A stretch of DNA of 64,000 bases from an uncultured Gemmatimonadales bacterium (GCA_963851265.1 CAWKNZ010000007.1:544001-608000); one strand, 5' to 3'; shown: positions 1 to 10,108, counted from the stretch's first letter. A program made the numbers and translations. The notes: generated by a model not told the origin, from the sequence alone.

Positions 1-319
1 CCGCGCGCTGGGCGGTGAGTGTGGTGCAGGGGACGAGCGCGGCGACGCATGCCAGCGCGAGGCCGGCGAGGGGACGGATCACGCGACGGCTGGGTACGTG
101 GGAGGTACTGGGAACGGGACCGGTGCGACCGGCAAGCTAGTCGTGGGAATCCGAGGTCGCGGCCGGCGATCGCGCGCGGCGCCCCCGTCCGGCGGAGCAG
201 GACGCGGACCCAGGACGCGGGACGCAGGATGTCTCGAAACGCGCGGCGGCGTCCGTGCCGCTTGACCGCCGGGGCCACGGGGCGCTACACCCTGCCATGC
301 CGCGCGTGGCAACGATGCC

Positions 320-1195
320 ATGCCTCCGCGGCGTTCGTCGCCTCTCCAGACGTCGTGCCCGACGTTGCCCTTTCTGCGCGTGATCACTTTCGACCAGACG
401 TCCACGCCCGCGCGGCGCGCGGTTCGCCCGATCGGTGGCCCGCGCCGCGGACTCGCCGTAGTCGTGAGTGCGGCCACGTTGAGCGCGTGCCCAACAGCGG
501 TGCGTGCACAGTCGGAGCGCGCCCTCGCCGCGTGGAACGGGCTCATGCTGACCCCGATCGGGGCCCTACCGCCACTCCCGCTCGACGAGCCGGTCCGCGC
601 TGACGGCGCGCCGCCTCTGGCGTTCGCGCTCCAGTACGGCCACTGGCGGTACAACGCCGACGACTCGGGTCACGAGAACGCCGGGCTGACCGTCGCGCGC
701 CGCATCGGGCGCACGCGCAGTCAGGTCCTGCTCACGGGCCTCTACATCGCGCCTCCGTGCGGCGCGTGCTCGGCGTGGGGCTCGGCCGGGCTGGAGCTCC
801 GCTCGACGCTCTGGCGCGGCGAGAGTCGCCGCACGGGCGACGTCGACCCGGACGGGCGCCTCGCGGCGGCCCTCGGGTTCCGCGTGACGGCCGCGGCCGC
901 ACGCTACCTGGGGCCGACGTACGCCGCAGCCCGAAGCGCTGCCGCGGCCGTCACGCTCGGCAGCAGCGTGCGGCTCACGCGCGGCATCCGGCTCACGGCG
1001 GCCGCCCTGCCGGGGGTCGGCGTCGGCTCGGTCACGAGTGAGGACGAGACCGGCCGCGGCGCCCGGACGATGCTCGGCGGTATGGTCGGAGGCGAGTTCG
1101 GCCGGCACGTCGTGGTCGACGCCGCGGCGCAACGGATCACGCTGCCGGGCGGCCCGACCCAGCTCGGGGTCACCGTCGCGTGGCAGCCCCGGTGA
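320..1195 (+). CDS. Hypothetical secreted / outer-membrane beta-barrel-like protein
   Basis: Signal-peptide-like stretch ending AVRA-Q, amphipathic beta-like segments, C-terminal VTVAWQPR; stop overlaps the next start (GTGA). Start uncertain. Confidence 0.55.
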   Translation: MPPRRSSPLQTSCPTLPFLRVITFDQTSTPARRAVRPIGGPRRGLAVVVSAATLSACPTAVRAQSERALAAWNGLMLTPIGALPPLPLDEPVRADGAPPLAFALQYGHWRYNADDSGHENAGLTVARRIGRTRSQVLLTGLYIAPPCGACSAWGSAGLELRSTLWRGESRRTGDVDPDGRLAAALGFRVTAAAARYLGPTYAAARSAAAAVTLGSSVRLTRGIRLTAAALPGVGVGSVTSEDETGRGARTMLGGMVGGEFGRHVVVDAAAQRITLPGGPTQLGVTVAWQPR

Positions 1196-2163
1196 GGCAC
1201 ACGACCGTGCGAGGTCTCGCCATCGCGGCCGCCGCGGGCGCGGCGGCCCTGCTCGCCGGCGCGGGGTGCGGAGGGGACGCGGGGGTCGGACCCGAGGGGG
1301 ATTGGCGTCCCGGGACCGCCGGGTACTCGGTCGTGGTGGGTGACCTCACGCGCACGTTCCTCGTGCACGTCCCCGCCCACCGTCCGACGAGCACGTCGGG
1401 CGCGCTGCGCGCGTACCCGCTCGTGCTCATGCTGCACGGAAGCAACGCGGAGGGCGCGAACGTCGAGTACGCGTCGCGGATGGACTCCCTGAGCGAGGCG
1501 TACGGGTACGTGATCGCGTATCCGAACGCCGTGCGCGGCGGGGGTGGTCTGTATCCCGCCGATTGGAATGCCGGCACGTGCTGCGGCGCGGCGCAGCGCG
1601 AACAGATCGACGACGTCGGCTTTCTGGCCGCGGTGGTAGCCGCGGCCGCCAAACAGCTTCCCATCGACTCGCGCCGCGTGTACGTCGCCGGGTTCTCGTC
1701 GGGCGCGCTGATGGCCTACCACGCGGCGTGCCGCCTGGCGCCGACGATCGCGGCGGTCGGCGTGATCGAGGGCAGCCTGAACGACGACCGGTGCACGCCG
1801 GCCAAGCCGGTCCCGGTCTTCGCGGTGCAGGGCACGAGCGACGAGTCGGTCCGCTACGACGACCCATCGCTCACCCCGCCGCCGCGGCCCGTCCCGCCCG
1901 CGGCAGCGGCACTGCCGCCGAGCGTTCAGTTCTGGGTTGCGGCGGACGGCTGCCAGACGGCCCGTGCGACCCAGACCGCCCCGCACGTGCTGCGGACGAG
2001 TTTCACGGGGTGCACGGGCGCGGACGTCACGCTGTTCACGATCGATGGAGGCCAGCACGGGTGGCCGGGAGAGCCCGACGGGCTTGGCGCCCAGGAGCCG
2101 ATGTCCGAACTGAACGCCAGCGCGGCGATGCTGACGTTCTTCGCGCAGCATCGGCAACGCTGA
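1192..2163 (+). CDS. PHB depolymerase/LpqC-family esterase, probable lipoprotein
   Basis: PLVLMLHG, WNAGTCCG, DDVGFL, RVYVAGFSSG (GxSxG), GGQHGWPG; lipobox-like LAGAGC. Confidence 0.85.
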   Translation: MRHTTVRGLAIAAAAGAAALLAGAGCGGDAGVGPEGDWRPGTAGYSVVVGDLTRTFLVHVPAHRPTSTSGALRAYPLVLMLHGSNAEGANVEYASRMDSLSEAYGYVIAYPNAVRGGGGLYPADWNAGTCCGAAQREQIDDVGFLAAVVAAAAKQLPIDSRRVYVAGFSSGALMAYHAACRLAPTIAAVGVIEGSLNDDRCTPAKPVPVFAVQGTSDESVRYDDPSLTPPPRPVPPAAAALPPSVQFWVAADGCQTARATQTAPHVLRTSFTGCTGADVTLFTIDGGQHGWPGEPDGLGAQEPMSELNASAAMLTFFAQHRQR

Positions 2164-2565
2164 CGGCGTGCGCTTCTGGAGGCGTCGAGGGTCGCGCCTG
2201 GCATCGGCCACCGCACCCTCGAGATCGAACCGCCGGCGGGCCATGCGGTGCGGTGCGCGCGTGCGCAGCGCGTCGTCGAGTGACGCGCGCAAGTTGCCGA
2301 CGCCGGACCGGGCTGCGTCGGCCGGGTTCGCGTCGGGGAACACGTCGAACGGCGGGCGCTCGAGCGTGCCTCGCGCGTCGTGTGCGCCACCCGCGGGTCG
2401 AGCGCGCGCCCGCCCGCACCCGCCGTCGCGGGCAAGTCCCGAACAGGCCGGCGGGTGATGTTCGGCATCAGGTGGCGGGAAACGCGGGGAGACAACAGGA
2501 TGCACGGTGTCCTCGGCGGGCGCATCCGTGCCCATCGGCTGCCACGATCACCGCTTCCTCCCGCG

Positions 2566-2826
2566 ATGTCCACGCTCTCCCGTCCGTCTCCCATTCGGTC
2601 GGATGCGTTGCGCCTGGGCGCGCTGGCGGCGGACCGCGCGCTGCACGCGGCGTGGCAGGTGCGCCGTGGACGGCCGATCGCCGTCGGCCTGCTTCACGTC
2701 GTCGGGATCGCGTGCGCGGCGCTCGGCGCGATCCCGTACGTCGGGGCGGGGCGGAGCCCGCACGCACTCGGCTACGTGCTCGCCAGCACGCTCATCCTCG
2801 CGGGCGCCGGATGGCGACGTTCGTAG
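2566..2826 (+). CDS. Small hypothetical membrane protein
   Basis: ATG at 2566; two hydrophobic segments. Confidence 0.45.
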   Translation: MSTLSRPSPIRSDALRLGALAADRALHAAWQVRRGRPIAVGLLHVVGIACAALGAIPYVGAGRSPHALGYVLASTLILAGAGWRRS

Positions 2827-2861
2827 CGCCCCCGCCCCGCATCGCCGACTCCTGACTTCCC

Positions 2862-3230
2862 ATGCCACCACCCGACCTCGCCATCCCCACGCTGCCGAGC
2901 CGCTCGATTCCGGCCACCCTCGCCTTCTACGCACGGTTGGGGTTCTCCGGCCGGGTGCTCGGGGCCGACGCTGCATACGCCGCCGTCACGCGGGGGAGCG
3001 TCGAGCTGCACTTCTTCGCGCACCCCGCGCTGCGCCCCGCCGAGTCGCACGCGGGATGCTACGTCCGCGTGACGAACGTCGACGCGCTGTACGCCGCACT
3101 CGCGGCGGCAGCGCTGCCCCCGGCCGGCATCCCCCGCATGGAGGCCGTGGCCGACAAGCCCTGGGGCATGCGGGAGTTCGCCGTCGTGGACCCCGACGGC
3201 AACCTGCTGCGCATCGGACAGGTGCGCTGA
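2862..3230 (+). CDS. VOC/glyoxalase (bleomycin-resistance-like) protein
   Basis: AIPTLPSR...FYARLGF, KPWGMREFAVVDPDGNLLRIG. Confidence 0.9.
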   Translation: MPPPDLAIPTLPSRSIPATLAFYARLGFSGRVLGADAAYAAVTRGSVELHFFAHPALRPAESHAGCYVRVTNVDALYAALAAAALPPAGIPRMEAVADKPWGMREFAVVDPDGNLLRIGQVR

Positions 3231-3431
3231 GACAGTCGCGCCGCGGGGGTGAGGCCGCACGGCCGCGCGGGCCGCCTAACGTGTCCGCCGATCGGTCGCG
3301 GCGGTCGACGTCGGGCGATGGACCGACGCGGCGCAGAGTCCGCGCCCCGCCACGCACGCTGGTGTCGTATCGCCCGCCGGTCGGCGCCGCCGTCCACCGC
3401 GCGCCCGGCCTTCGCTACTGTCCTCGTCGCC

Positions 3432-5474
3432 ATGACCGACTCACCTCTCCGCCCATCGCACGCATCCGCTGCGGACACCGAGCTCCGCCTGGCGGTCGAG
3501 CGGGCGCTCGGCGGCTCGTACGCCCTCGGGGCGGAGTTGGACGGCGGCGGCATGGCGCGCGTATTCGTCGCGCACGACGAGGCGCTGGGCCGCGACGTGG
3601 TCGTCAAGGTGCTCGCGCCCGGCCGCGCGGGCGACGGCGCAGCCGAGCGCTTCGCGCGCGAGGCGCGCACGGCCGCCCGGTTGCAGGAGCCCCACATCGT
3701 CCCGGTACTCGGGGTCGGCGCGACCGCGGGCGGGCGGCCGTACGGCGGGCTTCCCTACTACACGATGCCGTTCGTGCGGGGCGAGTCGCTACGCGCGCGC
3801 CTGGCCCGGGGCGGCGCGCTCGCGCCGCGCGAGGGCGTCGCGGTGCTTCGAGACGTCGCGACGGCCCTCGCCTACGCGCACGCGCGCGGCGTGGTGCACC
3901 GCGACCTCAAGCCGGGCAACGTGTTGCTCGCCGCCGGCGGCGCCGGACCCACCGCGCTCGTGATCGACTTCGGGATCGCGAAGGCGCTGCGCGCGGCCGC
4001 CGGCGCCGACGCAGTGCTCACCGGTACGGCGCTCACCGGCGCCGGGCTCACGGCGTCGGGCGTGGTCGTGGGGACCCCGGCGTACATGGCGCCGGAGCAG
4101 GCGGCGGCCGATCCGGCCCTCGACGCGCGCGCCGACCTCTACGCCTGGGGGGTGGTCGCTTACGAGGCGCTCGCGGGACGGCACCCATTCGCGCACCGCC
4201 CGACGCCGGCCGCCCTCCTCGTCGCCCATCTCACCGAACGCCCCGCGCCGTTCGGCGACGCCGCGCCCGGGGTGCCGGCCGGGGTGGCCGAGGTCGTGAT
4301 GCGATGTCTCGAGAAGGACCCGGCGGACCGGCCCGGCGACGCCGGCGCGGTGCTCGACGCGCTCGATGCCGCGCTCGCGGCGCCGCCCGGGGCCGCTGAC
4401 GTCTGGCCCGCGCCGCTCCCGCGTCGCCGCATCGCGGCGCACCGCTTCCTGCTCACAGAAGCCGTCGTGCGGCGGCTCGAGCGCCCGGGGCGCGACCCAC
4501 GCCTCCTCGACCGCGCGCTCCACTACCTGGAGAACGACACGGCCAGCGACGTGCTGCTCTTCTGCGTGCACGGACTGGGGGGCGACGCCGACGAGTTCGT
4601 GCCGTTGCTCGAGCGCACGCCACATCGCGCCGTCGCCCCCACCCTGGTCGGCTTCGAACCGAGCGGCGACGCGCCGCGGGTCCCCCTCGCGCTCGCCGCG
4701 CACCTCGGCCTGCTGCGCGCCGTCCTCGCCGACGCGGCCGCGCGCCTCCGGCCGTCGCGCGTCGTACTGGTCGGCATGTCGTCCGGGGCGGACCTGATCC
4801 TGCGGCTGCTGGCGAGCGCGTCGGACCCGGGCGGGTCGAATGCTGGCGGGGTCGCCGACGCGCCACCGCTGCGCGCCGACGCGTGCCTCGCCCTCGGCCC
4901 CAACCTGTCGCGCGCCACCACGTTCGCGAGCCGGGTCTTTGCGGGCCTGGCGGATCGGCGCGCGCTCGACCAAGCCGCCCCGGAGGCGCCCGGCGCCACC
5001 ACGCGCGCGCTGCTGGACGACCTACGGCGCCTGGGCGCGGACGCCGTCGACCTGGACGAGTGGCTGAACCTGATGACGTACCAACTCCGGACCCTGCGCA
5101 AGTTCCGCGGCGACCTCGCGCCACTACGCCGCCTCGCCACCGACATCGTGCGCCCGTTCCAGCACCCGTTCGCGGGCCCGGTCTCGGCAGGTACGGAGGG
5201 GTCCGACGCTGGACCGGAGGAGGCGGAGGTGTTCGCGGGATGGTTCCGCGCGGCGAGCGCGCGCGTCGGGGCGATCCGTTGCGTCTTCGAGGCGAGCACG
5301 ACGTGCACGGCGCTCGTGCAGGCGCTCAGACTGCGAAACCTCGACGACGGGGTTCTCGGGCCTCGCTACCGCGAGGACGCCCTCTTCCTCGAACCGACGC
5401 CTGACCACTTCGCGCTCCTCGAGCCCGCGCGCATGACGCGCCACATCGACGCGCTGCTCGCGCAGCTCGCGTGA
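3432..5474 (+). CDS. Hanks-type Ser/Thr protein kinase fused to an alpha/beta-hydrolase domain
   Basis: GGMARVF, VVVKVL, HRDLKPGN, DFGIAK, GTPAYMAPEQ; C-terminal VHGLGG, GMSSG nucleophile elbow, DHF. Confidence 0.88.
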   Translation: MTDSPLRPSHASAADTELRLAVERALGGSYALGAELDGGGMARVFVAHDEALGRDVVVKVLAPGRAGDGAAERFAREARTAARLQEPHIVPVLGVGATAGGRPYGGLPYYTMPFVRGESLRARLARGGALAPREGVAVLRDVATALAYAHARGVVHRDLKPGNVLLAAGGAGPTALVIDFGIAKALRAAAGADAVLTGTALTGAGLTASGVVVGTPAYMAPEQAAADPALDARADLYAWGVVAYEALAGRHPFAHRPTPAALLVAHLTERPAPFGDAAPGVPAGVAEVVMRCLEKDPADRPGDAGAVLDALDAALAAPPGAADVWPAPLPRRRIAAHRFLLTEAVVRRLERPGRDPRLLDRALHYLENDTASDVLLFCVHGLGGDADEFVPLLERTPHRAVAPTLVGFEPSGDAPRVPLALAAHLGLLRAVLADAAARLRPSRVVLVGMSSGADLILRLLASASDPGGSNAGGVADAPPLRADACLALGPNLSRATTFASRVFAGLADRRALDQAAPEAPGATTRALLDDLRRLGADAVDLDEWLNLMTYQLRTLRKFRGDLAPLRRLATDIVRPFQHPFAGPVSAGTEGSDAGPEEAEVFAGWFRAASARVGAIRCVFEASTTCTALVQALRLRNLDDGVLGPRYREDALFLEPTPDHFALLEPARMTRHIDALLAQLA

Positions 5475-5732
5475 CGGGCCGCGGACTTCCGTCACGACGC
5501 GCTTCGGCGGACGGCACTGCTTCTCACAACGTGCCGTCCGTCTCTCCTGCAGCTTCCCGGCCGCGCAGGACGTGCACGTGAAGGTCCGCCCATCGGGCGC
5601 GAGTGTCATCCGGTAATCGCGCTCCTCCTTACCCGGCACCGGGATCACCGTCGCAGCCCCGGGCGCGTCGCCGCATTCTGCGCCGGGCGTATCCTGGCCC
5701 GGCTTGTAACGCAGCCCGGCTGCGGTACCGCC

Positions 5733-6047
5733 GATCCGGGCGAGCGCCCAAGCCGCGTGCTCGCGCACGAGCGGGTCGGCCTCGTCGAGCGCGCGCGCGA
5801 GCACGTCCGCGTCGTCCGCCGTCCGGACGTTGCCGAGCACCACGGCCGCGTTACGCCGGAGCCCGCGCAACTTGGCCCGTTTCATCGGCGAGCCGCGGAA
5901 CGCCACCGAAAACTCGTGCTGCGTCATGCCTAACAAGTCCCGCGCGAGCGTCCGCGCGTCCTTGCCGCCTAACGCGTCGCGAGCGGCATACGGCGAATCG
6001 CTAGGCAGTTCGCGCGCGAACCGCACGTTCCACGGGCACACGTCCTG
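5733..6047 (-). pseudogene. Orphan duplicate of the queG 3' part (105 codons)
   Basis: QDVCPWN...GSPMKRAKLRGL.RNAAVVLGN...PLVREHAAWAL.RI aligns without gaps to 8755-9069; 79/105 aa identical by hand alignment; no N-terminal queG part. Confidence 0.85.
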
Positions 6048-6403
6048 GGACGAGTGGCGGTATACCCAATTCGCGATCCCGCTGTCCCGCGGCGCGAGAA
6101 CTCTCCGTACGACAAGCACTTAGCTCGGCAAACCGCGGCCGGCGCCGCCGGATTTGCCCTTCCCCCCGCCCGGAGGACCCGCCCGCGTTCCGGAGCCGAC
6201 GCGGACCTGATAGAGGTAGGCCCGCCTCGTCGGACTCCGGCGGGCGCCCGCCCGGCGTGCCACGCTGCGCCACGCGGTCCCTCAGCCGGTGGTCGCGGTA
6301 CGCTCGGTGCCTCAGCGCACTGGGTTCCAGCGTCGCAGCTCGCGACGCAGCTTGCCGCAGCCGAGGGCGAGCCTGGGTGACCGTGACGGAGGAGCGGCAG
6401 ACG

Positions 6404-8701
6404 ATGGCACATACGGACGGAGGTGCGCCGGGCCCGCTGACGGCCGGGGGTGTGGAGGAGGAGGCTGCCCGCCTCTTCGCCGGCCCCGGCGCGATGCGGG
6501 CCCTTTGCCGCATGCACGATTGGGCGGGAACGCCGCTCGGCCCCGTCGCGGCATGGTCGCCGACGCTTCGCCTGGCTGTCCGGCTCTGCCTCGACGCGGG
6601 CTTCCCGACCTGCCTCTACGCGGGCGACGATCTGGTGCTCGTCTACAACGACGGCTTCATCGCGTCGCTCGGCCGGAAGCACCCGGATGCGCTGGGGCGC
6701 CCCGCGCGGGCGGTGTGGGCCGAGCTCTGGGCGCAGTCCGCCCCCGACTTCGCGCAGGTCCGGGCGACCGGCGCCCCCGTGTTCCACTACGACCAGCGGT
6801 TCGTCTTCGACCGCGGCGCCGACGTACCCCAGGAAGCGTTCTTCACCTTCGCTTTCTCGCCCGTCCACGACGAGGACGGCGCGCTCGTCGGCGTGCTCAG
6901 CACCATCAGCGAGACCACCGCCCGCGTGCGTGCCGAGGCGGCCCTCGCGGCCGAGCGCGAGACGCTTCGCGCACTGATCCTCTCGATGCCCGCGCCGCTC
7001 GCGCTGCTGGATGGCCCCGACCACCGCTATGTGCTCGTGAACGACGCGTTCCGGCGAATCATCACCGCCGGGCGTGACGTCACCGGCCTGACCCCCCAGG
7101 AGGCCTTCCCCGAGCTCGCCGGGACGGGGATGTTCGAGCACAACGCCCGCGTGTACGCGACGGGCGAGCCGTGGATCGGCCCGGAGACGCCGGTGCGCTA
7201 CGACCGGGACGGCACCGGGCTCCAGGACACCTGGTTCGACCTGCGCTTCGAGCCGGTCCGCGATGCCGAAGGGCGGGTCACGGCGATCCTCCACTTCGCC
7301 GTCGAGGTGACCGAGCAGGTGCACGCCCGGCGCTCGGTCGAGGAGCTGCTCGCGGCGGAGCGGGCGGCGCGCCGCCGCATCGAGCGCCTGCTGGCGGCCT
7401 CGTTCGCGCTGACGGCTGCGGCGACGCCGGCCACCGTCGCGGCCGTGATCGCACGCGACGGCGCCGCGCTCGTGGAGGCGGACGCCGGCGCGGTGTATCT
7501 CCGGATGTCCGCCCACGGCGAGACCGGCGGGGGCGAGGCTTCCCCAGGCGCTGACGGCCTTCGCCTGCTCTCGGAGACCGGGTTCGAGGCACCGGCGACT
7601 GATGAGTTCGGTTGGGTGCCGCTCGAGGCCGCCGTCCCCGTCGCCGAAGCGGCGCGGACCGGGGAGCTGGTCTTGCTCGAGCACCGCGCGGCGCTCGCCG
7701 CGCGGTACCCAGCGCTCGCTGCGTCCATCGCGCGTGCCGGACGCGCGGCGCTGCTGGCCGCCCCACTCCGGGTGGGCGACCGGGTCATCGGCGCGCTCGC
7801 CTTCGCCTACGACGCGCCGCGGGCGTTCAAGGCCGAGGAGCGTGGATTTGCCGCGGTGCTCGCGCAACAGTGCGCACAGGCGCTGGAGCGCGCGGGCCTA
7901 TTGGCGGCCGAGCGCGCGGCCCGGGCCACGGCCGAGACGGAGCGTGCGGCCGCCGAAGCCGCGCGCCGCGCCGCCGAGGCCGCGAACCGCGCCAAAGGCG
8001 AGTTCTTGGCCGTGATGAGCCACGAGCTCCGCACGCCGCTCAACGCCATCGGCGGCTACGCGGAGCTGATCGAGCTGGGGATCCACGGGTCCGTGACGGA
8101 GGCGCAGCGCACGGCCCTCGGGCGCATTCAAGCCAGTCAGCGACATCTCCTCGGGCTCATCGCCGCCGTGCTCGATTATTCCCGCATCGAGGCCGGGGCG
8201 GTGACGTACCGGCTGAGCGACGTGCCCGTCGTCGAGGCGGTCGCGGAGGCAGAGGCGCTCGTCGCGCCTCAGCTCCGAAGCAAGGGGCTGGGCTACGCGT
8301 GGTCGGGCGTACCCGCTGGCCTGTCCGTCCGGGCCGACCGCGAGAAGCTGCAGCAGGTCCTGCTCAACCTGCTCGGCAACGCCGTCAAGTTCACCGACGC
8401 GCGCGACGGGGCGCCGGGGCGGATCGAGGTGACGTGCGCCGACGAGGGCGGGGCAGACGACATGCTCGGCCGCGTGCTCCTACGCGTGCACGACACGGGT
8501 GTGGGAATCGCAGCGGAGAAGCTCGCGAGCGTGTTCGAGCCGTTCGTGCAGGCCGACCAGCGGCTCACGCGCCCGCAGGAGGGGGTCGGGCTCGGGCTGG
8601 CGATCAGCCGCGACCTGGCGCGCGGCATGGGCGGCGACCTGACGGCCGAGAGCACGCTGGGTGTGGGGAGCACGTTCACGCTGACGCTCCCGCGCGCCTA
8701 A
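6404..8701 (+). CDS. PAS-PAS-GAF sensor histidine kinase
   Basis: GGAGGAG RBS; DWAGTPLGP PAS leader; FLAVMSHELRTPLNAI (H box), NLLGNAVKFT, DTGVGI, GVGLGL. Confidence 0.92.
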   Translation: MAHTDGGAPGPLTAGGVEEEAARLFAGPGAMRALCRMHDWAGTPLGPVAAWSPTLRLAVRLCLDAGFPTCLYAGDDLVLVYNDGFIASLGRKHPDALGRPARAVWAELWAQSAPDFAQVRATGAPVFHYDQRFVFDRGADVPQEAFFTFAFSPVHDEDGALVGVLSTISETTARVRAEAALAAERETLRALILSMPAPLALLDGPDHRYVLVNDAFRRIITAGRDVTGLTPQEAFPELAGTGMFEHNARVYATGEPWIGPETPVRYDRDGTGLQDTWFDLRFEPVRDAEGRVTAILHFAVEVTEQVHARRSVEELLAAERAARRRIERLLAASFALTAAATPATVAAVIARDGAALVEADAGAVYLRMSAHGETGGGEASPGADGLRLLSETGFEAPATDEFGWVPLEAAVPVAEAARTGELVLLEHRAALAARYPALAASIARAGRAALLAAPLRVGDRVIGALAFAYDAPRAFKAEERGFAAVLAQQCAQALERAGLLAAERAARATAETERAAAEAARRAAEAANRAKGEFLAVMSHELRTPLNAIGGYAELIELGIHGSVTEAQRTALGRIQASQRHLLGLIAAVLDYSRIEAGAVTYRLSDVPVVEAVAEAEALVAPQLRSKGLGYAWSGVPAGLSVRADREKLQQVLLNLLGNAVKFTDARDGAPGRIEVTCADEGGADDMLGRVLLRVHDTGVGIAAEKLASVFEPFVQADQRLTRPQEGVGLGLAISRDLARGMGGDLTAESTLGVGSTFTLTLPRA

Positions 8702-9840
8702 CTGGATTCGCCCGCCGGTCCTGACGCGTCGGTGCCGGCATCGCCGCGAGCGGGGATTCGTTCGAGCGCCCACGCCGCGTGCTCGCGCACGAGCGGCTCG
8801 GGGTCGGCGAGGGCTTGCCGGAGCACCCCCACGTCCTCCACCGTGCCGACGTTGCCGAGCACCACCGCGGCATTGCGCTTGAGCCCGCGCAGCTTGGCGC
8901 GCTTCATCGGCGAGCCGCGGAACGCGGAGGAGAAATCCTCCTGCGTCATGCCCAACAGCTCGCGCGCGAGCGTACGCGCGTCCTTGCCCGCCAGCGCCTC
9001 GCGCGATGCGAAAGGCGACGCCGCGGGAAGTGAACCCGCGAATCGCTGGTTCCACGGGCACACGTCCTGACACACGTCGCACCCGTAGAGCCGGTCCCCC
9101 ACGCCCTCGCGCAACGCCGCCGGGATCTCCCCCCGCTGCTCGATCGTGAGGTACGAGATACACCGCGTCGCGTCCAGCACCCGGGGCGCGACGAACGCGT
9201 CCGTGGGGCACGCGTCCAGACAGCGCGTGCACGACCCACACCGGTCGGCCTCGAACGGCGCGCTCGGCGGCAACTCGGCCGCGAGCACCAGCACGCCGAG
9301 GAAGAAGAACGACCCCCGCCGCGGGTGGAGCAGGTTGGTGTTCTTGCCGAACCACCCGAGTCCGGCGCGCCGCGCGAGGTCCCGCTCGAGGATCGGCCCC
9401 GTGTCGGCGTACGCCTTGCCCGCCACCGCAACGCCTAACGTCGCGTCCAGCCACGCGTGCAGCGCGCGCAGCTTCGCGACCAGGACGTCGTGGTAGTCGT
9501 CGCCGCGCGCGTAGCGGGCGACCGGCCCCGCCGGCTCGCGCCCGCCGTAGTCGAGCGCGACGACCACGGCGCTCAGCGCGCCGGGGTAGGGCAGGCGCGT
9601 GTCGCGCCGCTTGTCCGCGCCCCGCGCGAGGTACGCCATCTCGCCCGCATACCCCGCCGTCAGCCAGTCCTCGAACGCGCCCGCCGTCTCCGCTGGCCCC
9701 AGGCGCACGAAACCGACGAGGTCGAAGCCGAGCGCGTAGCCCTCCGCCTCGAGCCGTCGCGCGATCGACTCGTCGACCACCGGCGCCACGGTCGCGTCCG
9801 GCGTGCTCGCGTCGAGCGCTTTCGCCTCGAGCGCGCTCAC
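8698..9840 (-). CDS. queG: tRNA epoxyqueuosine(34) reductase
   Basis: ARYARGDDYH, DTGPILERDLARRAGLGWFGKN, CGSCTRCLDACPT, CISYLTIE, GCDVCQDVCPWN; GTG at 9840 overlaps upstream stop. Confidence 0.95.
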   Translation of the reverse strand: MSALEAKALDASTPDATVAPVVDESIARRLEAEGYALGFDLVGFVRLGPAETAGAFEDWLTAGYAGEMAYLARGADKRRDTRLPYPGALSAVVVALDYGGREPAGPVARYARGDDYHDVLVAKLRALHAWLDATLGVAVAGKAYADTGPILERDLARRAGLGWFGKNTNLLHPRRGSFFFLGVLVLAAELPPSAPFEADRCGSCTRCLDACPTDAFVAPRVLDATRCISYLTIEQRGEIPAALREGVGDRLYGCDVCQDVCPWNQRFAGSLPAASPFASREALAGKDARTLARELLGMTQEDFSSAFRGSPMKRAKLRGLKRNAAVVLGNVGTVEDVGVLRQALADPEPLVREHAAWALERIPARGDAGTDASGPAGESS

Positions 9841-10085
9841 CGCTGGCGACCGATCCAGCGCGCGTAGCGCACGACCTCCTCCGGCGCCGGCAGCGCGTCC
9901 TCGTCGCCGTACGCGGTCAGCATGCGCCAGCGCACGTACGGCATCGACGGCACCGGCAGGAAAGGCGCGCGCCGCCACCACGCGCGTCGCCGAAACCGCC
10001 AGCCCACGCGGAGCAGGTCGATCGCGAGTGGCGGCCACACGACGGCGCGCAACGTGAGAGGGGCGAGAAGTCGGATCCAACGCAC
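9837..10085 (-). CDS. Small hypothetical protein
   Basis: Protein-like ORF (PFLPVPSMPYVRWRMLTAYGD) coupled to queG. Confidence 0.65.
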   Translation of the reverse strand: MRWIRLLAPLTLRAVVWPPLAIDLLRVGWRFRRRAWWRRAPFLPVPSMPYVRWRMLTAYGDEDALPAPEEVVRYARWIGRQR

Positions 10086-10108
10086 GCCACAATCTCGCCC
10101 GCACGGTC

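Noticed and set aside
5124..6119. 331-aa ORF as a functional second queG
   Set aside because: Only 105 codons are homologous. It lacks the cobalamin-binding part and the first Fe-S motif, and the remainder runs antisense into the kinase gene.
6048..8754. Integrase- or transposase-driven mobile element
   Set aside because: No recombinase gene, terminal inverted repeats or identical att/target duplications were seen.
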